Source: Saccostrea cucullata (Eukaryota). From it: a DNA stretch of 64,000 bases. The stretch is taken from assembly GCF_032062105.1 (NCBI RefSeq), contig NW_026941090.1:372001-436000 (forward strand), read 5' to 3'. Shown here piece after piece: positions 27,601 through 38,262 of the stretch (the stretch's first letter is position 1; the number at the start of each line of letters is the position of its first letter). Made by a program: the position numbers and the translations under genes. A model generated the notes under the pieces. The model worked only from the letters and a program-made list of their open reading frames with translations, was not told the DNA's origin and ran no database searches.

Positions 27601-29186
27601 AATATAAAATCCATGTCGACTGTTCACTCCAGCTGTGAACCCATGTATTGATAAAGCAGATGATTGTATATTGTTTAACGTCCCTCTCGAAAATTTTTCA
27701 CTCATATGATGAGGACGCCACCAATTTTGTCCCATACTCGGTACTCAAGGCCATTGAGCAGGGAGGGTCTTTTTTCATGCCAGCACCTACTGCGACACGG
27801 GGCCTCGGTTTATACGGTCTCATCCGCAGGACCGGTTTCCACGTCCCACAGTGGGAGATAAGGTAGACGAACTTCAGAATGAAAACAAAGGCTTAACAAT
27901 TGGTATAAAACAAGAAAGCCAAAATACGACCCAGTGATAGAACATATATTTGCTTAACAAAGTTATAAAAATTTACGAAATGATGACTTATAACAAGGTT
28001 GTTGAAATCCCTGTACTTCAACTTATCTGTCAGTAGCCTACTTTGGTTTAAATTTGAAAAGTTATAATTTATTGGTTGAGAATCAATAATTTGAACTAAA
28101 TGTTTTAAAATTTCATACTAATCTTAACAATTTTTGAGTCGAAAACACTCAAATTTGACTTTCATATAAACTTTTTTTTTAATACATTTTTTGGTCGTTT
28201 TTATATTGTTGTTATGAATTAAGCATTGATAAAAGAGGGGAAATCCTACTATGAGACAGGGAACCTGGCTTTATTCTGAGGTTTGTCCTCTTGGGAAAAT
28301 TCTTCTCTAGACTGATTCAGGGTGGAAAGCTAGTTAATTTAAAAAGCGAGTTATGGGGGGTATCCTACTCTACAACACTGTTACTTTTGGATCAAAATGA
28401 TTTTCAGTGAGCTTGATTCCTGTACCTTGCCCAGTCTTCGTTAGATGTCACGAGAGGAACTATGAATGTCATCCTCAGCTCTACAAAATATTATAAATGC
28501 TAGAACTATCGACATATTCTTTTCCTTTCGCTTTTCAGATTTTAGCTTTTATAACGTAATGGCATGGTACTCCAACCTCATATAATACTACGTGCCCCAC
28601 GGTCTGAAAAAGCTTTTTAAGTGCCCGAAATCACAAGTAAACAAATACTTACTGGATGTCAAACAACATTCAATCATAAGAGCTGCATTTTATCTGTTTT
28701 CTTTTTTGCTTTTGTAGGGAGTCCCAACCAGAAGTACTAATTAATCCTCGCTTTTTGACCATAGAGTCCACAGGAAAGGTCTATTGGTACCAGCGGACCA
28801 AGCTCATTACTCCATGCTCCTCAGAATCTAACGGAGACTTTGTCTGCCCAGTGACTTTCGGTTCTATGCAGTTTCCTCAAAGTGAACTCGACTTTGACCG
28901 CATAGAATGTGAATATAGCAATGCAAATAGCAAGAATGTTAACGTCACTTCCGTTGCAATGGAAATAGATACAGAGGATTTACCGCGTGTACCTTTCTCT
29001 AAGAGCACGTCAAAAAGAGGAAGTTGTGTTGCTTCTATTTCCGTTGATCTGGAGGCAAGCAACAGGGAGAAATATAGTTACCAGAAATTTGAAGCTCAAA
29101 GGGGGAATATGAAATCATCGTCTGTCTATATAATGGCCAACTTAGTGACTGTTATTTTGTCTCTAACATGTGTTTGGGTAAAATAA
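12625..29186 (+). CDS. Cys-loop (pLGIC) ligand-binding-domain-only protein, AChBP-like, 271 aa, signal peptide and C-terminal hydrophobic tail
   Basis: join(12625..12665,23608..23812,27423..27523,28718..29186)=816 nt, intron phases 2/0/2 consistent. Signal peptide MDVYIFLFLGLFSRFTGTVG; motifs YNKHFRP, VLKVD, QWVDGRLYW (WxDxRLxW), VWTPDV (WxPD), GKVYW, C-x9-C then PVTFGS. Stop after VYIMANLVTVILSLTCVWVK. Exon 1 (10.9-kb intron) is the least certain part. Confidence 0.82.
14010..14062 (+). repeat. SINE 3'-end fragment
   Basis: AGTGAAAAATTCTCGACAGGGACGTTAAACAA..CAATCAATC is the reverse complement of the termini at 18235-18270 and 27670-27705. Confidence 0.55.
14800..15280 (+). repeat. Degenerate HINE-internal satellite units
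   Basis: Three decayed units with GTAGGGTGGGGC.ACAATGG..GATCAAAGTTTTACAT, matching units in 20900-21400 and 32350-32560. Confidence 0.6.
15900..16830 (-). mobile_element. Degenerate Penelope-like retroelement RT fragment with 3' end
   Basis: ORF 16540..16779 has MLEFLID...HQPIGIPMGTNCTPLFADQFLYSYE; downstream KTLAVAFNPSFSFIDEVL (decayed catalytic YIDD region); frameshifted. Confidence 0.8.
18230..18480 (-). mobile_element. tRNA-related SINE copy
   Basis: Shares body with 27660-27860 (TTTGAGCA..GAGGGATCTT..T..GCCAGCACCT..GACAC.GG.CCTCG..GTT.TAC.G.CTCATCCG.AGGACCGGT); B-box-like GATTCGAATC at ~18439. Confidence 0.65.
20514..21481 (+). mobile_element. HINE/non-autonomous Helentron-like element with internal satellite repeats
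   Basis: Head TTAGCTCATCTGAGCTGAGAGCTCAA..GTGAGCTTTTCTGATCAC, GTCC microsatellite, ~5 tandem ~145-170-bp units, 3' AAGTGAGCGTTGTGGCCCATGGACCTTTTGTT with terminal palindrome. This is the architecture of bivalve HINE/pearl elements. Confidence 0.85.
24005..24124. repeat. Near-perfect inverted repeat (~44-bp arms, ~31-nt loop)
   Basis: AAACAATAAAATG-CTTTCTTTGTTTGTTATTACTGGAATTAACG ... CGTTAATTCCAGTAATAACAAACAAAGAAAGACATTTTATTGTTT. Confidence 0.9.
27660..27860 (-). mobile_element. SINE copy (same family as 18230-18480)
   Basis: Direct sequence similarity to 18230-18440. Confidence 0.65.
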
Positions 29187-30772
29187 AAGATATGTAAAGA
29201 AAGCTATTTAATGTGAAAGTAGACATGAATATAAGCAAAAATGAGAGATAATAGTTCATCATGCAAAGGCAGTTCGTCTCTTTGAAGAAGCAACCTGTAC
29301 ATGATATGAATGTTTTAAAACTGAATTATTTGTAGATACATGTACGTGTCTATTCCTTATCCACCACTGACTTATTCTTCCAAAATATCCATTTTTTAAA
29401 AAAATGTGTTTCAGAGAGTATACTGCGCAAATCTTTAGTGCATTCTAAATACTTCTGTACCAAAGCTTGTGAACACTATACAAAGGACGATAGTGACTTT
29501 TATAGCTGTAGTAACTTTGCTAGTACATGCATTTATGCTGTTATACACGTAGCAGAATATTTAGCGCTTATCAAATCGACTGCATAATTGCACATAGGTA
29601 TAAGCAGGTTTTTGTAACTTTGAATAAAGGATACAATATATCTGCACAAAAATACTCATGTAGGTTTTTGCATTATTAAGCCTTGAAAATAAAGTCTGTT
29701 AATCCATTTTCATTTAGTTGGAAAAATATTGTATGTTGTTTTCTTGAATGTATAAAATTATTTTACAACAACTGTATATGAAACTGTCAAAATGGTCAAA
29801 GAGTCAATGCTTTTTATATAGTTTGAGAGAGAAAGAAAGAGAGAAAGAAAGATAGAGAGAGAGTTTTCTATAAAACAAGTGACGTGTAGTTCATCATATA
29901 AAAATCAAATTAAGCAATCGATGGATGTCCTATCCCAATCTTTTGCATAAATTAACTCTAGCTTATATTAATTTCTCAGATACTAGAATACATGTTTTGT
30001 TATATGAAAGAGTCTGTATTAAGGTCTTCGTTTTATAGATCACACTGACATTAAACATTTAAAATAATCCTTGCATTCTGTTTTGTATCATCTAGATGCT
30101 ATTCATTGATTAAAAATGCCAAAAAAAAGCCATTTAAAGTCTTGCAATTGTCTCACTGAAAACGCGTAGCCATAGCCATAATGATTTAAATGGTCAGTGA
30201 AATGGGGTAGCAAGGTATGGTTGGAAATGGTTTCCAATAGACTATACATTCTTTTGTGTTTATGATACATCCAATAGAATCGATAGAAGTGAACATTAAT
30301 TAACAAATTATTTAATTGTTATTATGAAGACGGTTTTAAACAGCATTGTGAAGGGCTATTCGTAAAGCCATGTACGACGGGGAGTTTAAACTGCCATGGA
30401 TTAATTCTGAATACATTACACAGAATCTTGCTTTTGTGTATATGTATTAAATTTTTTATCAAGATTTTAAGCAGATTGTGTTCTAATGTTTTGGATTACT
30501 TCGAATCGGAAACTAATCACCAATATCTAGGTATCGTTTTCATTGGGTATGTTTTTCTCAGTTTAATCAGTGTGTGGCATTAGTTTGTTTGTTTCTTGTT
30601 TTAAGAAATCGAGATCTCCAACACATAGACAAAGGATAGAGTGACTGGACGCTAAACATTTTAGTAGTCTTTTTTCATGTTTTTGGAAGTCCGACATCTG
30701 GGACGCATACAATCGTGTCTTGGTACTTTTGATTTGTGTTTGTGACATTGTCGATCTAAACAAGGAGTCAAT

Positions 30773-31528
30773 ATGACCGCTCCAACGGCCCCAATAGGGT
30801 GGTCCTCCGCGAGGATGAACATGCACTTTAAACCGGTAACACCAAGGAAGGCTGAGACAGGGATGTACTTTAACCTCCACAAAAACGTGAAAAGGTCTCT
30901 GCTTCCCAAAGAAGTTCAAAACATGGAAACCCAAAGTGTGGACCTTGCCAGACAGATACTTCACCGCCAAAGACAGAAGTCTCGGATTTCCCGCGAGAAA
31001 TACAGGCAACTCGTCTCTCAAGGATCTTCTAGGTTCACAGTCGTCAATTCCGAGCCCGGAGGTCGTACAAATTTTTCTGAGGATTTTTCTAGAAATCTTT
31101 ATCTTCCACCCGTTGGGCGCCAAAAGCCAAACACACCTATGACCCCTGGGTCAAGGTACACTGCCGATGACGTCAGAAGTATTGTGGATAGACTGTCGAC
31201 ATACGATCCATGTAAAGTTCCAGAGTCCAGGGGACAGTTTATAAAATTACCGCCCCCTATCGTGTATAAGAAAAAATACAGCGAAAACGAGGTTCAGTCA
31301 ATCGTGGACCGATTATCGGAGTATAACCCACTGAAAGGTCCAGCGGAATCGAAAGGGATTCCAACCATAGTTCGCAGAATCCCGCGTCAAAGTATGGTTC
31401 CACCACAGAAGTGTACTTCCGATGAAGTGGAAGACATCGTAGAAAGATTGTGTAGCGTTCATTTTGATATTCCTGAAAAGGAACATCGGTACGTGCCAAC
31501 ACCTTATCCACTTTCAGCACGATCGTAA
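30773..31528 (+). CDS. Uncharacterised 251-aa basic/Pro-rich protein with three internal repeats; single coding exon
   Basis: Long ORF with GC content above background; repeats YTADDVRSIVDRLSTYDP..PESRG / YSENEVQSIVDRLSEYNP..PAESKG / CTSDEVEDIVERLC conserved at protein rather than DNA level; plausible UTR acceptor (TTGTTTTAAG) at ~30605. Confidence 0.8.
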   Translation: MTAPTAPIGWSSARMNMHFKPVTPRKAETGMYFNLHKNVKRSLLPKEVQNMETQSVDLARQILHRQRQKSRISREKYRQLVSQGSSRFTVVNSEPGGRTNFSEDFSRNLYLPPVGRQKPNTPMTPGSRYTADDVRSIVDRLSTYDPCKVPESRGQFIKLPPPIVYKKKYSENEVQSIVDRLSEYNPLKGPAESKGIPTIVRRIPRQSMVPPQKCTSDEVEDIVERLCSVHFDIPEKEHRYVPTPYPLSARS

Positions 31529-32033
31529 GATGTATCCATCGATTAAGGAAAGATTTCGAGGGAAAACCCTAAATTTGTTTGCAGCCAAGTGCAAATGATC
31601 TTTGGATCTGTTTGGAACTGAAAGCTTATGTGAGTTTTCGATCGAACGGTCCTTTGCCGTCTAACCATGCTTCTGGATTTCGATTTACTACAAGCATGAC
31701 ATTTTCACACTGCAATGGACAAATTGCAAGAAATGCTGGCTTTATAAATTCAAGGTGTTTTCTGATTTCGATATCAGTTTGTTTCGATTCTATTTTAGCT
31801 CCACGGTTGATAAATGAAATCCTTGGTGCTATCTAGTGCTGCATTTGTGTCTCTTACTTGTTTTGTTAATCGGTATAAGCACGTCTCTAGTCTATCAAAT
31901 CTCACAGGAAGAGTTTGACTCTTATCTACAGTGCTTAAATGTTGAAAATGATCAAATTTAGAGTCATTTTGATCACAAGTGTACGAATTTCAAATATATG
32001 AAATAAATAATGAGTAATTTCGAATGTTTGAGA

Positions 32034-32037
<4 letters not shown>

Positions 32038-32067
<30 letters not shown>

Positions 32068-32590
32068 ATTTTCTCATCACATTTTGTCCGTCGTGCGTCT
32101 GTAAACTTCACATTTTCGATTTCTTCTCCAGAATTACTGGGCTAATTTCAACCAAAATTCTCACAAAGCATCATTGGGTAAAGGGAATTCACTTTTTTTT
32201 TTAATGAAGGGCCATATCTTCTTTCAATGGGAGATGATTAAAAATAAGTGAAATTTGGTGATATAAAAATCTTCTCAGGAACCATTGGGCCAAAAAATTG
32301 AAACTAATATGAAACCTTCTTTACATAGTGTAAATTCAAAATTGTTCAAATATTGGCCACTAAGGGTAGGGTGGGGCCAGAATGGGTGATCATAATTTTG
32401 CATAGGAAAATTCTTTAAAAATCTTCTGCACGAGAACAGCAAAGCCATGATTGGTCTGACATATTTATATGGAAGCATCTTCAGAAGAGTAGAATCAGAT
32501 AAGTTCTTTCAAATCATGACTCCCGGGGGTAGGGTGGGGCCACAATCAGCGATCAACGTTTTCCATTGGAATTCATAAGAAAATCTTCAA
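32038..32590 (+). mobile_element. HINE-like element, 3'-truncated
   Basis: TTAGCTCACCTGAGCTGAAAGCTCAAGTGAG head, GTCC/GTCT tract and ~3 satellite units as in 20514-21481. Confidence 0.8.
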
Positions 32591-33059
32591 ATATTTTCAT
32601 TCCTATTGAAACTACATTAATGAGTAATTAAATTATCTAACAAAAGTTAATTGCTGTTGGATCAAACCTGGTGTTATACCTTCATAAGCATGGCATCTGA
32701 ACTACATGAATTTTTTTGTGCCCTTGTCATTATTTTTGAATATTCAAGTATATTGGGGGAAAGTCTGTAAACGCAGTGTTTAGTTTGGATACCTATAACT
32801 TTTCATTATTTTTGAATTCCGCAAACGTTGTCCGTGTGTATCATTGGTGCTCCCCATCTAATCCCGTAAATGATGAATTGACGTCTCATGTGACTCTACA
32901 CTATGGTTGATTTTTTGGTATATAGGGTTGGAGGTACGTAGACTTTGCAAAATTAGGTGAAAACTGACCAGAAAGTACACGAGCAGCTTTGCCACTTAAA
33001 ACATAATTGTCATGGTTAATTTCTCCATATCTTGTACTCTAAAAGAAGAAAGTCACTGG

Positions 33060-33480
33060 GTACCAATTACGCCCTGTTAGCAGACCTATTTTTGTGTTCA
33101 TATTAAGCAGAATTGTCCCAAATCTTAAAGTGAAAAGAATAAAACACTTGCTGTGGCCTTCAACTCGACATTTAGATCTATCGACGACGTAATGTTAATG
33201 AACAAGGGCTATTTCCATTCTTATGTCGATACGATATATAATCCATTAAATGCACACTGAATTTTCGACGTACTTTCAGTTATTTTTCGATCATGAGATT
33301 ATTCATGACAAGGAGCACACGGCAGGTGTGACCGGTTGGCAGGGGAGGCTCACTCCTCCATGGTACCTGATCCAACCTCTGATGTTTTGGAGGTCCGTGT
33401 TTGCTCTGCATTTATTTTGTATTGTTTAATGGACTTTTGGTGCATGAAAATTGTTTGTTATCTCCATATATTTCACTTGG
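33060..33480 (+). mobile_element. Penelope-like RT fragment with 3' end
   Basis: Translates in pieces as ADLFLCSY and KTLAVAFNSTFRSIDDVML, followed by the shared terminal repeat; homologous to 15900-16830. Confidence 0.7.
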
Positions 33481-34558
33481 TAGCAGTGAAGTTGAGAAGA
33501 AAGTACCCTGAAACTCCCCATTCTGTTTCCTTGCACCTCTTTGACTCTGAACAATAAAACAAACCATGCAAGAATCAGGATACATGTGTATATTGTAAAA
33601 CATGGGTAGCTATATAAGTCAATAAAGAGAATCAATTTTGTAGGCTTTTTATTATATTTATTGAGGTATACATCAATATAAAACATATGGCATCTGAATA
33701 AATTCTAAATTATTTATATTTTCCTCATCTTTTCATTAAAAACTTACAGAAAATTTGGATTTTTATTGCGAAATAACAGTTTACACAAAGAGTTTCTAAT
33801 AATGGTCATATAAAATCCTGTTTGATTGACTCTTGAAATATTTTTAATCAATAATCAATATTCTTTTTCAAAATGTGTACTGAAATAAAAGAAAAACGGG
33901 AATTAATGCCACACTGTAAAATAGTATACAATGTATAATTAAGAAAACATCATGACTGAAAAGATGAGTATAAAATGAATGATATCTACACATGTATAAA
34001 TTATGATTACCATGTCTTAAAATCTACAATGTACAATTTGAGTCTGAATATACAGAGATGATATCAGATATAAAAAAGATACTACAAAAATATGGATTCT
34101 AAAACTTTTTAAGAAATCCAAACATCATTCAACTTTCGTTCTAGTAACATCCATACCAAAACTTTTTCCCCCTTCAAATGCAGAAAATTTGTAACCTATT
34201 TCTTTTCTTTTACATTTCATCTTATTTATATTAAAAGATCACAGTTGAAAAGATTTTGCACTACACTTATCAGTGTAAAATTACTGTTGCAAAATAGACT
34301 ATATCTATCTATTTATTTCATCCATGAGGTAAAGTGCAATGCATTTATATCTGTACATGTCATAGCAAAAGGATATAAACACAATTTGTACAGCAGAAAT
34401 GGTAGTTAAAACCATTTCTCATACAATTTATTTCATACACTCTGAAATGGCAATGAAATGGTATATATACAGAAATGAAATGAACATCTATCACACCAAA
34501 CTTGTTTATCAATATTGTCCTGCATAGTGGAGATTACAAGTCATTCTTTGCATGTTGG

Positions 34559-36685
34559 TTAGTATTGTCGTCTATCTGGATAATCCTGCTTTAACTTATT
34601 CTTGAATTCCCGTGAAGCCATAACAAGGCCAATGGCAGAGAACAGCGTGAAGAAGGCGGAAATGATGAAGAATCCGTAGGCCCAGGAGAGGTAATTCTGA
34701 TCAGGACGGGGCACCCACTGCCGATCCTCCTTCTTGATTCCAAAAATAATCGCCTGGATGAGAATTAGGACCACTGAAAAAAATTTCAACCATGAACATG
34801 GGAAACTTTAGCTGCAATAATGTAGCCCTCTCCGATTTTTTTTTATTCTGATGTTTTCTGGAGAGGGCTACAATTCCATAGCATCTCCGTAATGGTGCAA
34901 ATATTTTTTTTTAATAGGAGCGACTGCAGGCAAAATAAATTATTTTTACATTCAACTTACTTCTAATAAGACGAAATTTTTATTCACTGTCAACAACAGA
35001 CCCCTTTAAATGCGAAAAACTTGTAAAATAACTCTGCATGTTTCCTGGTAGTTTACTTCAGCAGCCATGACAGTTCACGCGTGACGTAATGAGACTTTCG
35101 CTTGAAATTTAGAACAACTGAATAAAGCAATTATCGGTGTTTATAAATGATTGTGCTGAATTTCATCACAAAAACATAGCTATATAAAACCATTTTAAGG
35201 GTTATTTTTATGCATGCAGCGATTTTTATGCTTAAAATAAGGGAATTCCAAAAAGATCCGCTCCTATAGAACCTAAATTCTCATTGGCTGTCCCAAAATA
35301 CAATCTATCAAGGTCAGTAAACATGGCGGATAAATACGAGTTGTGATGTTGACATACACGAAAAATAAGCGATATAGGGATCGTTCTGTATATCTTTGCA
35401 TTGATTTACGTCTTGGATGACTGCTTATTTGGAGTCAAGGTAAGAAATGTTAATAAAATAGCCATTTACTGATAAATCCGTGCGGGAGCGAATCACACCC
35501 GCAGCTGCACCATTATGGAGATCCTAGTTGTAGAGGGGAGAAATTTTGCAGCTAGGGAAACTTGTCCTCTCTCCTTAAAACAGTTCACAAAAAATTACGA
35601 CTAAGACTAAATTTCACCACTCTGTAACTTTTTACTTAATAAATTCTTTTTCTAAATAATTATTTACAATTTAATCATTAAGTATATATCAATATAATGT
35701 AATCCAAAAAGATTTTGGCAGCTTAGATATTAGTTGTAGAATATGAGGAAATTTTAGTCTCAGTCATTTGAATTTCTGAGAAAATGGTCACAGATCTGTA
35801 GAAATATCTCTGATAGTAAAATTCTAATTCACTCAGTTAATTTTAACTTACCAACAAAAAAGTAGACAAAGCTACCACCCATTAATATGACTTCATGTAG
35901 ATATATCGGGAAATAGTTCAAAGCCAGCAGAATCAGAATGATAGTTGCAATAAACTGGAAAAGGATGCAGACACTGGCAATGACTTGACACACTATGAAC
36001 CAAGCTGAAAAATAAAACATTCAATCATTCATCATTTTTATTTCTCAATTAAAAAAAAAAAAAAAATAATTTTGTAAATGTTTAAAATGACTTGAGTTAC
36101 TTTAAACTGTTTAAAAAAAATTATCAATCATGAGATGATAAACATAAAGCTCTTGAACTTGAAAATGCTTCAAACATGATATACACGTACGTGCAATTTT
36201 ATGACGTATTTTTCTTATGAAATTTGAAAAAAAAAAATCAGTATTAATTAAGGTATGAACAATAGAATCGATGTAGTCTTTAATAAGTAATTGCAAACAT
36301 TATACAGATTTTGTAGTTGTTGTTGGAGGAAACTCTGGTTAAATACCGGAAGAGAGAAATTATCAAGTTTGGGAGTGTTTTACTTAGAATTCTTGCGTTT
36401 TTTACAGATCAAATGTATTAAATATGTTAAATTCTTACGTGGTGATAGCCATTCCCAGATCACTCGGTACTGGTCGGAGAAAATATACCAACAGCCTTTG
36501 TAGCGTTTTCCGTTGTAGTCTTTCCAAAATGTGTAATCATTGAAACAAAATTCCCAGAGACCCGCTTTTACAAATCTACTGTCTGCCTTCGAAAACGATT
36601 CTACCCAATACGGACTGGCAAAAGACACCACCATAAAGGTGAATGCCACAATCGAAAAACCCAAGGCGATCAACGACTTCGCCAT
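34559..36685 (-). CDS. Claudin-like tetraspan protein A (PMP22/claudin superfamily; pickel/sinuous/kune-like), 204 aa
   Basis: complement(join(34559..34773,35852..36004,36439..36685)); SPYW...GLWEFCF...GCWYIFS first-loop signature, four hydrophobic segments, NYLSWAY before TM4. Confidence 0.9.
34809..35554. mobile_element. Mutator-like non-autonomous element (TAGCTGCA ends), 9-bp TSD
   Basis: Exact TSD GGGAAACTT at 34800-34808 and 35555-35563; ends TAGCTGCAA...TTGCAGCTA. Confidence 0.8.
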
Positions 36686-37431
36686 CTTGTTTTCAAATCG
36701 CCTCCATTAGATCATCTACCTGGAATGTCAACACCTGTGGACGTTCCAAGTTTAAATCATAGGGGTGGTCAGCATTGCAGGTGCGTTGCTGTTTAGAAAT
36801 ACATGAGATTGGCAAAATTGCTGATATGTAATAGATGTGGAGTTTACATTTTAATAATTATTATTATAAACTTTAAAATAAGTCCAGTATCTTGTATCTT
36901 TATCATTTGTTTACTTGAAAGAAATTATGACAAACTAATATTTTTAAGTGCAACTCCGATTTAAGGGAGATAACTCGTATCCTCACGTTTGAATATGTAT
37001 ACCGAGTGGTACAAAAATTTCAAATTATGAAAATTTGAGAGATATTTAATTTTCATGACTATCAAGACTCCCAGGATGGGAACAGGGCTAACAATATTTT
37101 ATGGAACTTGTCTAATTACTTTGGTGTAATAATATTTAATGTAAAAAAAATAATAACAAAGCGTTTTTCTAAGCTGACATATATTATATGTATACATATA
37201 TTATACATGTATATCATTTATCTGTTCTACGTCCTTTTTTCTCTTTCTTTAAATTTTTTTCCCTACATCTCAACACTATTTGAAAACGATATACTTTCAT
37301 CTTAGGGCTATATGAAGAAGGTAATTTATGATATTGTATTTTGCTATTTTTTTTTAATTTGAAAAATAATCATGATAATAATTATAGAGAAATTCACATG
37401 AAGGCAAAACATTTTTGATTTTGTTATTGCT

Positions 37432-37527
37432 TAGCTGCAGAACTGTAGCTCTCCGAAAAAAAAAATTATTGACAGACTGGTCTGTCATTAATTTTTTTTG
37501 CGAGAGCTATGTACAGTTCTGCTGCTA
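37432..37527. mobile_element. 96-bp palindromic mini-element of the TAGCTGCA family
   Basis: TAGCTGCAGAACTGTAGCTCTCCG...GAGAGCTATGTACAGTTCTGCTGCTA; TSD GTTATTGCT/GTCATTGCT. Confidence 0.75.
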
Positions 37528-38262
37528 GTCATTGCTTTGAGCATGAATAAATGATACTATCAAATCGCTATACTGGTTTAAAATATTTTATTATATAATA
37601 CAAGTACAAATTACATATCAACAAGATCAGTAAAAAATATCTATAAATATATCTATATACATTGTACACAGGTAAAATTACACTTGGATGACAAATGGTT
37701 AAATTTAAAATAGCTGCAAAATTTAATTGACTTGTTTGAGGTGATATTATTATACTAAAATACATGTACTTTTTAATTGAACTTAAATTAAAATCTACTA
37801 AAATAAGTAGAAGAAATAGTGCAATACTCTTCAAGAAGGCAAATTTTTTTTTACGAAAATGTCAATAACAGAGAAGTGCAGTAACTCATACACTTAAATT
37901 GCACTAATAAATTTTTTTTATAACATCATTTACTTGAAAATGTTTTAACTACCGGTAACTTGTGGATGTCTTGGTGCATTTAATAATGAATGATGTAAAT
38001 GAGATATATGGACAGATGTAATGAATCCCTATTTACAAATTGAAAATGTGAACTGTGAAGTTCTGTGTATACATGATTTCAATGAATGAATCCTGCTATC
38101 AAATGTCTCTCCACAAAGAAATTGTGGAGAGAAAAGAATCCTTCTCCAAATAAATGGCAGATCAATGTACATGTATTTGGTCATATTTCCAAACAAAAGA
38201 AAATGAATATTTCCATATACAAAGTAAATGCCGATACTGTCAGAAATGGCACTCTCCTCCCC

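Noticed and set aside
30563-31123. 186-aa minus-strand ORF and other ORFs overlapping 30773..31528
   Set aside because: Antisense or off-frame shadows of the plus-strand ORF that carries the protein-level repeats.
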